From Guillardia theta CCMP2712 (taxonomy: Eukaryota; Protista; Cryptophyta), in contig NW_005434668.1 in assembly GCF_000315625.1 (NCBI RefSeq), positions 66,852 to 130,851 of the forward strand: a stretch of DNA of 64,000 nucleotides, read 5' to 3'. The notes beneath the pieces are model-generated. The model did not search any database, had not been told where the DNA came from, and saw only the letters and a list, made by a program, of their open reading frames with translations. A program made the position numbers and the translations under genes. Shown here piece by piece: positions 43,016 through 62,763 of the stretch (positions are counted from its first letter, which is position 1; each line of letters opens with the position of its first letter).

Positions 43016-43402
43016 TCAACCCTTATATGCCCGCAAACTCGAAATCAAGCCAGCGTCATTATATTCGATCACCTATCGAATGATCATCAGAGAAAGAAAG
43101 GGAAAGCTTCACAATCGTACATCAACGACTTTCAAAACAGTCTTATCGGCATCGTTGACATGAACAAGGATCTCAGCCGATGCCGTTGAAGTGGCAGCTG
43201 AGTAGTGAATCTTGAGAACTTCGATCTGAATGCCAGGAGCACTCTGGAAGATCTTTCCGTTCGCATCAGCAACATTCTGGGCTCCCTTGACCTCAACCTC
43301 CCAGTCTCGGAGAGATCCATCATCAGCAAACATCTTGCCAACTCCTTCCTTGTCGTGCTTGTTCCATACCTCGAAGTACTTCTTCACGCGGTCCTCGGCC
43401 AT
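43016..43402 (-). CDS. SnoaL-like / NTF2-fold small protein
   Basis: MAEDRVKKYFEVWNKHDKEGVGKMFADDGSLRDWE...LKVVD, one intron, then VIEYNDAGLISSLRAYKG*. Confidence 0.8.
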
Positions 43403-45445
43403 AGCTGTTTCCCCTATCACGATAATTTGAACCAAAATTTGAAATTTTGACATAGATCTAGACATTTTTTGAAATGTGACATCGGCCGGCTTGAGCTGGG
43501 CCCAGAATCTTTCCGCCGCAAGACCGCCGGCCCGGCACTGTATGCAACTCGGCGGAAGCAGCCCGACACTGGCCCGGCCCGTTACTAGTGGCTCAGAGAT
43601 CCTTGAGAACCACCCGGGATTTTTACCATCCTGGTAGGGGTCTTCAGGGCTCATGTCCCTTGCTCTGCCATAAACGGCACAGCTGTAAGTTGGGGGTAGG
43701 GGTACAATTTTTCCCTGCGTAGGGGTTGCAACTGTGGTGGAACAATGCTGCGAAATGTTAAAGAGGGAGAAGGTACGGCGATCCAACTTAGGGTCTCAAT
43801 TATATGTATTTGGAGATTGGAGACTCAGATTTGCGGATAGCTGTTAGCGATTCGGTTCAATGATTAGGGGGGTAGGGGGTAGGGGTGTAAACACCCCCAA
43901 TAGCCGCTACTCTGAGACAAATGTAGCAATGCCAGGGTGGGTTCACGACTTTGCATAGGAGGGGTGGTATCAATTTATTCTTGTTTCATCAATTGACTAC
44001 TCAAAAATGTGTGGTGGGTAGGGGATCGCAAGGTTTTCATGGAAGGGTAGGGTGATTGTTGGGGGGCAGTGTTTTTAACCTCTGCAAATTCTTCCAAAGT
44101 TTTCAGTGCCCTAACTAAAAGTGTTTTTAAACGGCCTCCCCATCACTCGAGATCTTTATTTAAGACTACCCCTATTATTAAAACTATTCACCCATACCTT
44201 GTAGGGTTCTCTCAACAGATATGATGGGGTAGGTGTGACGCTCATGCACTGATGAGCGGGGTCATCCGGCACCTGCTCTTCATTTTAAGCTCTCCATCCC
44301 TCCCCTTCAAGGGCCGGATGAATACCCCCCACCCCCTTCCTATTCATCTACCCCAAATACAAGACCAAAGAAGCCCCACCCCCTTTACTTCCATCGAACA
44401 CCATCCGTTGACCCTCTATTTATGCCATCCACCCCCACCCCCACCCCCACCTACTTCACTCTACAGCCTTCGCTGATCAGACCCTACTTACACCTACCCC
44501 CCTTCGACCAGCCGGATCCCTTGACCCCACGGTACCTCCATCTCAAGATCCCTGTTGACTACCCCTTGTTTGATCATGAGTTGAGGTGGTGATTGGATCG
44601 GGGACTCTAAGCTATGTTGGTCCCCTAGGGGTGGGTAAGTGGGGGAGCTCGAGATGGAGGGGGAGGGACCGGAGGTGAGCGGGTAGGGTCGCCTGCACGA
44701 AGGGGTGGGGTGTGAGACTTTGATTATTTCTGTGGAGGTCAGCGAATCGTGTGGGAGGGGTAGAGGCAGGGTTATTGAAGGGTACCAAGGGGTCTTAGCC
44801 CCCCTGGGGGTGGGTAGAGATGGTTTTTAGCAGGGTAGGGATTTGGTGTACTGCAAAGGTGGCTGATGGGATGCATGGCGAACGAGTAGAGGCCGTGAGG
44901 GGCAATGGGGAGGAGAAGCAGCAGGTGGAAGGAAAGAGAAAGGAGAAGATTTTTCAGATAGTGAGAAAGAAGGCACGAAGAGAAGGAAGGAGGGAGGGGA
45001 GTGAAGCGAAGATGGCTGTATGACCGGGGTCGCAAGCGTTCAAACGGAAAGTTTGCTGACATCGCAGCCTTACAATGCCAGACAAAACCATGGTTTTCTT
45101 GTATATTCTTGAGTGATTTAGATAATGTCAAAGAATTGGTCCTGTTAATGATTGTCCGACTGCAAATGAGGCTTCAGATGTCATCAGTTCAGTTTCTGCA
45201 CGAGAAAGCTAGCAAACCTGTTCTTTACGTTTCTGTTGCCATTGTAAGCGCAATATCTGTGGCTGGCTGGGCATAGGTGTATACGATCACAATTTTGGAA
45301 TGTTGCTCGTTTGTAATCTTTAGATGAACACCCAAAGATTGATTGCCAATAGGCCAGTACTTCCGTTTCTTTCTTCGCTGATGTTGATTTGCAACAGGTT
45401 CACTCAGCTGCACATAATTCAAGAACATAAAGTGAACATCAAGTG

Positions 45446-46530
45446 ATGTTCTCTAGAAAATTAGTTCTTTTGTCGTGGTCATCCTTTTTGGTCTCAGCTG
45501 GTGCTTTTGTGCCTCCAGTGCACCATAACGGCCATGCATCTATTACACCTTCCGTCGACTCGATCTCTTGCGCCAGGACGAGATCGTTTGCCCTCGCAAC
45601 AAAGCCGTATGAGGCCAATAGATTAACACCTGCCAAGTTATCCTCCAATCCCTCAGAGAAGGCAGAAAAGCCAATAAGGATCGACACGAAGGACGAGTGG
45701 GACCGAGCTGTTGCTACTGCTGTACATGAAGACAAACTTATCGTTGCAGAGTTTCGTCACGAATTCTGCAGAAAATGTATGGCTCTTGCCGGAAAGTACA
45801 GCAAAATGCCGTCCTTGTATGCTGGCAAGAACATCATGTTTCTGGAGATCGATGCACAGCGAATCGGAAAGGAACTGAGGACCCATTTAGGTGTTAACGT
45901 CGTTCCAACGGTCCAGCTTTGGAAGAATCTCAGGAAGCTGGAAGTTTATGTATGCCCTGATCTACTGTGTATTCTGTTTAACTTACCTGGCGCGTCTCGC
46001 AGGAAGCTGAAAAGGACTTGAGCAAGTTTATTCCAACGATCTCCGAGATGATATCCAGACATGAACCTGATTGCGAACGAAAGATCAATGTGCAGCCAGA
46101 AACTGTGGCATCAACACCGAAGCAAAATGCAGAATCCAAACAAGAGGTGGAAGAGCCCCAATTCACCAAGATTGATCAAGATGCATTCTCGGCATGGAAG
46201 ATGCGACAATCAAGCACTGTCGTAGTTCGTGCAACTGGGGTAAGCCTAACAGATATCTTTTGATGATTTTATTCTCTTGTCTTTGTCTCCTTGTATTTTC
46301 CTCTTCTTTATGCTTGAAAAGATTCTCATTGGTTTGATCATAAGCAGATTTCTGAAGCGAAGGGCACCTCAACGCTTCTCCGTTCTTGGGAGCCATCAGA
46401 GCATTCCAGCAATGATCCAGATCATGAGAATCACACGCCCGCTAGCAATGCAGTCAGAATGAACCCCAACAAAGGTGGGATGTCAGCTGCTGAGCTTAGG
46501 GCACAACTTGAAAAGCTGGAGAAGAGATAA
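45446..46530 (+). CDS. Plastid-targeted thioredoxin-like protein (CRKC active site)
   Basis: Signal ...SAGA|FVPP then transit peptide. LIVAEFRHEFCRKC, LGVNVVPTVQLWK. C-terminal extension exons. Confidence 0.8.
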
Positions 46531-46844
46531 CAGGGCGGACCCCTTGGTTGCTTGATTGGAGGAGTCTGTTCCTGCTCATTCAATCCTTGAGCGGAAGAAC
46601 CATCTGGACTTCCGAATATTTTTTTAACTCTAGATTTTCATGTCGCGAATAAATTTGTCTATGAGAAACCTAACGGTTCATCAGGCTGGGCCGTGCCGTG
46701 ATTGAATCACGCCAGTCCGCTGGTCTTGACTCATAAGGTTGTGCACATGATGTGCCGCTCAGGCTGCCCCTGTAGTAGGCCGACCTCAGAACATCTCACC
46801 GGACCCGCCTCGGTCACTTTCCTCTGATTCTCATCGGAAGATTT

Positions 46845-46856
46845 TTTGGCGCGAAA
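46845..46856. promoter_or_regulatory. Overlapping double E2F site TTTGGCGCGAAA
   Basis: Matches TTTSSCGC on both strands, ~140 bp upstream of the RAD51B ATG. Confidence 0.65.
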
Positions 46857-46995
46857 AAATGCAGAATGAGGGAAAGAGCGCAACGCGGAGAGGGAATGAC
46901 AGAATATGTTGATCATCAATTCGGATTATCATTGACCTATCAGTTTATAAACTGAGAGATCCCCTGCACTTGCTGTTCAAAACTTTGTATCGAAA

Positions 46996-48293
46996 ATGGC
47001 GAATAGAAGCTTAAAGAGGATTAGGCTTCCACCAGATTGTTTGTCTGCCTTGGAAGCCAAAAAGATGAAAGTTGCCCGAGACATCCTCGAGAAGAATCAG
47101 ATTGAGCTCACAGAAGTTTTAAATATCAATGGTGTAATGGTGGATGAAATGATTGGCTTGGTTTCCGAGACGATTTGTCCTTCATTCAAGACAGCACTCG
47201 ACATCTTGAATTCGGGACATGCAAGGTCGTGCCTCTCGACAGGAATCTCGCCCTTGGATGCATGTTTACAAGGAGGACTTACGTGCGGGACTGTCACAGA
47301 GATTGTTGGACCCGCAGGCGTTGGGAAGACTCAGGTCACTGCTTGTTGAAATCAACATTGACCTGATGCATTCGTTTGATCAGTTTTGTATGCAATCTTG
47401 CGTAAGAGCGATAGGGGAGTGGGAGGGACATTCGGCCATATACATCGATACGGTACCCAGCACTACCAAGCAGAAAGCTTATTCTAACTTTTTGGAAATG
47501 TTGCAGGAATCAAGATTTAGCGCTGCACGACTCTGCGAAATTGCACAGAGCACCTTGTGCCAATCAGAAGAAAAATTGAGATCAATTGCTGAGCGCTGCA
47601 TAGTCGTCAAGTGATACCTTGAATATTGTCTCTTGGTTTCTAACACTCTCTTAGCGTTGCTAGCACAGCAAGCCTAATGACTGTTCTGTCTGAGCTGGAG
47701 GAAGTGATCATTGAAAAAAACGTGAAATTGATAGTCGTAGATTCTGTTGCATCTTTGATCCGCCGTGAATACGGAAGTCAGTCTATAGCAGCAAGACAGC
47801 TGCAATTAGGAAGGGAAGCATACCTTCTCAAAAAGCTTGCGGAAGACTTCAAGTTGCCGGTCGTTGTGACGAATCAAGTGACAATGAAGTTCAACTCAGG
47901 ACCACGGAAGCAAGAAGAAACATCTGAAATCTCGTCAAGACAGGAGCAAGATTCTTACCTGACAGCTGCCTTAGGAACTTCTTGGTCTCATTGCGTGAAC
48001 ACAAGGCTTGTTCTGGAGCAAGGCTCGAGCGCCCGCGTTCTAACGGTTGCAAAGTCTCCACTATCTCCTGTTGTGAGGATGGAATACCAGATCATGGTGA
48101 GTTCAAGTTCGATCCATTCCTTCCACAACTCACCCACCTTTGTTTTCAGGAGGGAGGAATCGCCGTGACCTCCGATGTCACAGCTGCGGAGGAGAACTTT
48201 TGGGAGATGAAAATCAATCCTTACTCTACGTCCGAGCTTCCTCAAGCTGAAGGAGACCCTTGTAACCAATCCTCTGCCTTCTATGATGCGTAG
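46996..48293 (+). CDS. RAD51B: RAD51 paralog B
   Basis: MANRSL N-terminus like plant RAD51B, LSTGISPLDACLQGGL..GTVTEIVGPAGVGKTQ, YIDT-ESRFS, LIVVDSVASL, VVVTNQV, AALGTSWSHCVNTRL, VAKSP. Confidence 0.88.
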
Positions 48294-49064
48294 GAATGGC
48301 CTGTCTGTCAACGTTGCCGCGTGTCGGATCATCTTCGAGAAGTCAAGTAGTTTGAACACGCCGTCACTGCGAGGCGTTGTGTTACAATAAATCAATCCCG
48401 TGACCATGCACCGTTGTGACTGAACCACACCAGTGGCTGAGTCGATTCGAGTCAAATAACAGCAACAGAATCTAGAGTCGAGCACTGACTGTCGGATGCA
48501 AATACGATCCGATGTGAGGGGAGACCACTTGCACAGTCTGTGTCGGACCTGCTCTGTGACTCGCCTTGGAGTCCGGGCCGGGCGGCGGCACCGTGTGGCC
48601 GGTGTGAGCCTCCGGGGCCCGCCCGGCAAACTTTCAAGTTACTATTTGATCTCAAGGGATCGCAAGCGGACGTTCAAGTGACACGGTGCGGGGGAAGAGG
48701 GGGGCATACAGTACTGTAGTAAATGCTCGATCAAGAGCACAAAGGCGACTGAGGTACGAGAGACTGTACCGCTATTACCGATGGTAGAGATCGGATTGTA
48801 TCGCTCAGACTTTTGGTTTGTACTCGATATGCACAAACTGGATCTCGTGGTACAAACATGGGAGTTGAATTCTTGTACCTATGCATACAACTCTCCAGTA
48901 CCTTTCCCTCGTACATAGATTTTAATTTGAACTTATATTATTGTACATTTTCTTTTCGTACACCTTGATAATTATTTTTATTTAAATTATTTTAGTTGGT
49001 AGTATTTTGTCCTACTACGTATCTAACTATCTTTCCATTCAATAAGTATTTTTGCTAGCCCCGC

Positions 49065-49282
49065 TTTCCCGCCTACAAAGCGGCAATTTTCCCCAAAGGG
49101 TGTCTCCAGATATTTATATTCAAATATTCAATATTTGACTTCAAATAGGTATTCAAAAGTTCAAAATTTAGAGATAGTTTATTAAATTATGGATATATTT
49201 CGATTGACCTCAAAATTCTCCACCCACCGCCGACAAGAAAGGCAAACTTCGGAAAGGTTTCGCGCGCTCTTAACCTTCCCGC
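49065..49282 (+). promoter_or_regulatory. E2F-like sites upstream of RNR (TTTCCCGC 49065, TTTCGCGC 49258, CTTCCCGC 49275)
   Basis: Consensus matches within ~700 bp of the RNR ATG, next to an AT-rich tract. Confidence 0.55.
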
Positions 49283-49749
49283 CCCCTTGCCCCTCCCATT
49301 CTGCTCCTCCCCCCTCCTGCTGTCCACGCACCATCCTCTTTCCTCCTTCCCTCTGGTCCTTCCCTCTCCTCCTCCTCCTCCCTCATCCCTGCTCTTGCTC
49401 TTCTGCTGCTTTCCTGATCTCCCTCTCTCTCGCTTGCAAGCATTGCTTGCACTTTCCCATTTCCTTGCAGTCTTGGCTTCTTCCGAATCCAGATGCCATC
49501 GTATTGCTTCTCCCCGAACCTTGATTCACAGTCCTTTCTTTGCACCTTGCTGTCGCATCTGTTCTCACCCTTCGATCGCATAATTGTTATGTTGCTGTGT
49601 TGCATATGCATCTTCATCAAAAAGTTGTTCACACGCCTCGTACACATTTCTCTCCTTCAAGATCTCTGCGCTTTCCAATCCTATGGCAGTTCTGTGCTTG
49701 AATTGCTCTCTGACACTCTTCCTTCAGGTTCTCCACAGCCGTATCAAAC

Positions 49750-52359
49750 ATGTATGTCGTCAAGCGCAATGGCAAGATGGAGCGAGTTCAGTTCGACAAG
49801 ATCACCTCAAGAATCTCGAAGCTCTCCTACGGCCTCAATCTCAACTTCGTAGAGCCCCTTGTAATAGCACAGAAATGCGTCAATGGTCTCTACTCTGGTG
49901 TCAAGACTTCCCAGCTGGATACCTTGGCTGCTGAAACTGCGGTATGTTGTTGTTGCGCGCACTCTCGATCTCATTTGGTTGGGACAGGCCTATCTCACGA
50001 CAGAACATCCTGATTACTCCATTCTTGCTGCACGTATTGCGGTCTCGAATCTCCACAAGCAGACCAAGAAGGTAAATGTCGTCGCTTGTCGATGCTCTCC
50101 TGACACATTGCTCAAGGTTTTCTCGGAAGTCATGACCGACTGCTACACTTACGTCGACCCCTCCTCGGGAAGGAAGTCACAGTTGATTGCTGATGACGTG
50201 TACGAGATCATCATGGCAAACAAGGATCAACTTGACTCTGCTATCATCTACGACCGTGACTATAACTATGACTACTTTGGATTCAAGGTGCTTTCATCAC
50301 TTTTCATCTATTTCATTTTCGTTGATCCTGCCTATGCAGACTCTTGAACGATCATACTTGCTCAAACTCAACGGCCAAGTTGCTGAACGTCCACAGCACA
50401 TGCTCATGAGGGTTGCGATTGGAATCCACAAGCAAGACATTGCTGGCGCAATCGAGACCTACGAGTACATGTCACAGAAGTATTTCACACATGCTAGGTA
50501 GACGTGATGGTGCTGTGATGTGGGTATTCTAACGTTCCTGCAGCCCGACTCTCTTCAACAGTGGAACCCCGCATCCTCAGATGTCTTCGTGCTTCCTGCT
50601 TCACATGAAGGATGACTCGATCGAAGGCATCTACGACACCCTTAAGGTCTGTGCCCAGATCTCCAAGTCGGCCGGAGGGATTGGTCTTAGCGTGCACAAC
50701 ATCCGATCGCGAAACAGCTACATTCGAGGAACCAACGGAACGTCAAACGGCCTTGTCCCCATGTTGCGAGTCTTCAACTCCACTGCTAGGTATGTCGACC
50801 AAGGCGGAGGGAAGCGCCCTGGGGCCTTTGCGATCTACCTCGAGCCATGGCACCCCGATGTGTTCGAGTTCTTGGACCTGCGCAAGAACACTGGAACGGA
50901 GGAGAATCGCTGCCGCGACCTCTTCCTCGCCCTCTGGATCCCCGACCTCTTCATGGAGCGTGTGGAGAAGAACGAGGACTGGTGCCTCTTCTGCCCTTGC
51001 GAGTGCCCGGGGCTGAGCGACACTTGGGGCGAGGAGTTTGAGTCCCTCTATTTGAAGTACGAGAAGGAGAACAAGGCCCGCAAGACCGTTAGGGCTCAGG
51101 AGCTCTGGTTTGCCATCCTGGAGGCTCAGACTGAGACCGGAACCCCTTACATCCTCTTCAAGGACCACTGCAACCGCAAGAGCAACCAGCAGAACCTTGG
51201 CACGATCAAGTGCTCGAACCTCTGCACTGAGATCGTGGAGTACACATCCCCTGACGAGGTGGCCGTCTGCAACCTGGCCTCCATCGGACTGCCGATGTTC
51301 ATCCAGGACGGTCAGTTCAACCACCAGAAGCTCATGGAAGTCACCCAGGTGATCACCCGCAACTTGAACAAGATCATAGACGTCAACTACTACCCCGTCG
51401 AGGAGGCTCGCCTCAGCAACATGAGGCACCGACCCATCGGCATCGGCGTGCAAGGCCTGGCCGACGTCTTCCAGAAGCTCCGCATGCCCTTCGACTCCGA
51501 GAGCGCCAAGGCCCTGAACCGCGACATCATGGAGACGATCTACTACGGTGCCGTGACTGCCTCCATCGAGCTCGCCGAGAAGTTCGGGCCCTACGAGACC
51601 TACCAGGGCTCTCCTGCCAGCAAGGGTATTCTTCAGTACGACATGTGGGGAGTCGAGCCTTCCTCGAGGTGGAACTGGGCTGAGGTGAAGGAGAACCTTG
51701 CCAAGCACGGAATGCGCAACTCCCTCCTGCTTGCTCCCATGCCGACCGCCTCCACCTCTCAGATCCTCGGTAACAACGAGTGCTTCGAGCCCTACACCTC
51801 CAACATCTACACCCGCCGCGTCATGTCTGGCGAGTTTGCCGTCGTCAACCCTCACCTGCTCAAGGAGCTGACCGAGCTCGGCCTGTGGAACAAGGATATG
51901 AAGAACCGCATCCTCGCCGCCCAGGGCTCCGTGCAGGGCATCTCCGAGATCCCCGAGGATGTGCGGGAGATCTACAAGACCGTGTGGGAGCTCAAGATGC
52001 GATCGCTCATCGACATGGCGGCTGACCGCGGCGCCTTCATCGATCAGAGTCAGTCGCTCAACCTCTTCATCGCGGCCCCCAACCCATCCAAGCTTACCTC
52101 CATGCACTTTTACTCGTGGAAGAAGGGACTCAAGACCGGTTGCTACTACCTCCGCACCAGGCCTGCCGCCGACGCCATCCAGTTCACTGTGGACAAGTCA
52201 GCCCTGCAGACCTCGAACAAGGAGAACGTGATGCCCTCCAACACCATGGGGCAGCTCATGAAGAATGTCGACGACGACATCCGTCAGACTCAGTTGGCCG
52301 CCGCCAAGCTCGCCTGCTCCCTCAAGAACAAGGACGAGTGCCTGATGTGCTCCAGCTAA
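49750..52359 (+). CDS. RRM1: Ribonucleoside-diphosphate reductase large subunit (class Ia)
   Basis: ATP cone [72 protein letters not shown]-terminal ECLMCSS. Confidence 0.98.
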
Positions 52360-52442
52360 ACCCTCGTGCTGGCTCAGTGAGCTGGTGTTGTAATTTTCTC
52401 CCTGATTAAATTTATTAACAACGTGACTAAGTAGCTCCTCCG

Positions 52443-60838
<8,396 letters not shown>

Positions 60839-61269
60839 ACTTTTACAAACCCCATCAACCTTTTTTAGCTCTTTTTTTCTTTTACAGATCGGCGAGGCGG
60901 GTTGGGATGACCGTTCGGTGAACCGGAAGCAACACCCCTACCCCGAATATTCCATCTCAAACTATTTCAAACTACCCGGTCCTGGAAGATCCACTCCCGT
61001 ACCCACCCCTCCAATTAACCAAGAACCACCCTACCCCCAATTGGATCCCCATAGGTGCAATGCTACGAGGATTGGTGATGCTGAACGGCGGCTTCTTGTC
61101 GGGCCCGCACGAGTCGATCATGGGAGGAGGAACACCGCTCTGCCCCTACGACAGCAATGGCGTCTGCTACTCTGATGGCACGGTAAGGTGCATGCAGCAG
61201 TTTCGCAGAGTAGTTTCCTTTCAACACGGCAAGGGTCGCGATGAGAGCTGTAGTCGTGCTGCTGTGCTC

Positions 61270-62230
61270 AGCATTGCTTGCATGCCTTTGTGTCTGCTGC
61301 GCTCTGCACTGTCGGTGAAGTGATAAAACGCGCTATCAAGAGCTTTGTAAGACTTTGAACATGATCTTTTGTTGGAAATGCTGTGCTGAATCGAGAACAA
61401 TTGATGTGCACTCGTCCACTTGTGCGAACAGCTTTCAACATTTTCCTTGTTTCTGTTGCTGTTTTTGATATTTGGGCAGTTGCCTTACTGTGAATGCAAC
61501 ACTGGAAAGATTCCAGCAACCAGGGACACTGGCAACGGTCAAGTTTTGTGGGCGATTATCGCCTAGGTCATGTCTTTTATGTATGTTTGCAGAGCTAGAG
61601 AAGGTCGAGCCTGAAGATCTTCTGATGGAATAAAAGGGCGCTGTAAGATGAGCTGTTTAGCATCACGGTGGCTGAATGTTGCAGTGACGATCGAGTCGTT
61701 AGTGACAAGGTCTTGCAAACTTGATCTGGGCCATAGAGGGAGGAGAATGAGTGCAGCACATAGAAACACTCACAAGGGAAAATGTATGCTGAGCTGAATA
61801 GTGGTGTCCATTCTTACAGCCTGTGGTGATGACCACAGCAAGAATTTTGATGACGAGGAGGAGATCACGACATCGTTCTTTGAGATCGTGAAAGTGAGGA
61901 GAAGGAAGTGAAAGTTTTGCTGCGTTGCGAACTGAGGAAATGAGCAAGAGAGGCAAGGCATAAGATACTGTTACTCCTGATATCTATCGGCAGACAAAGA
62001 TAATTTGATGCCCCTCGTGTTGCCATTGTTTGAAACATCGAGTTGGGACCAGCGCTCAGTCCGCAGGAGAGAGTAGCCACAGCATGCACCACCGGCGAAG
62101 AAACTAACAGACACGGGACAAGAGGTTATGAACTTTAGATGTTAGAAGAGTGACAAACAATGTTGTAGCGACGAAAAATACCGGTGAGGTTGGATACGAT
62201 ATCGTAACCTCAGGAAACGAACTGGACATC
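61270..62230 (-). CDS. Possible multi-exon hypothetical protein
   Basis: Short exon-like pieces (MSSSFPEVTISYP..., FFAGGACCGYSLLRTERW..., FATQQNFHFLLLTF...) separated by ~50-nt GT-AG-like gaps. No recognisable domain. Confidence 0.25.
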
Positions 62231-62763
62231 TTCAAACGACTTCCTTAGTCCGCGCGTGAAGTTTGAACGATGATATCTCTTGTCGGCATTCATTCATGTG
62301 AGATTGAGATGTGATTATTTCAGAAGATTGGTTGGTACATCTTCACTCAAAATGTCTTTTACCCATCTCGCGAAATGTCTTTTACTACAGTTCAACAACA
62401 TTCGATCTCCGAGGTTCAAAATCCAATATGCTCTGACGTCTGACAACATTTGTTCCATCTTCAGGATCTATCCTCGTTCATCATTCATCATTCCTCTCTT
62501 CCCCTCCCCTCCTCTCCCCTCCTCTCGTCCCGCTTCTCATGGGGGGATAGCTTTGACCAGTTTACAAATACAGTTTTAATTTCCATTGTACAATACTTAT
62601 TCAAAGGCGAAGGCTTAAAGGGAGAGCGAGTGAGGGAGAGCGAGTGAGGGAGGAAGCAAGTGAGGGAGGATGCAATATGCGTCAGAAGATTGTTCTCAGA
62701 CTCCTCGCACCCTTCCTGCTCCTGCGGCATGATAAAGAGTGATTGAGTATCCCATCTGCCGCC

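Noticed and set aside
43403-43786. N-terminal extension of the SnoaL ORF in the ORF track
   Set aside because: Runs through non-coding CCGG/TACCCC islands from a non-ATG start; the real start is likely ATG 43402.
50743-52107. 454-aa antisense ORF
   Set aside because: Shadow of the strongly GC3-biased RNR exon; no independent motifs.
61079-61183. Short + strand exon-like piece MLNGGFLSGPHES...CYSDGT followed by GTAAG
   Set aside because: Could not find supporting downstream exons or a recognisable domain.
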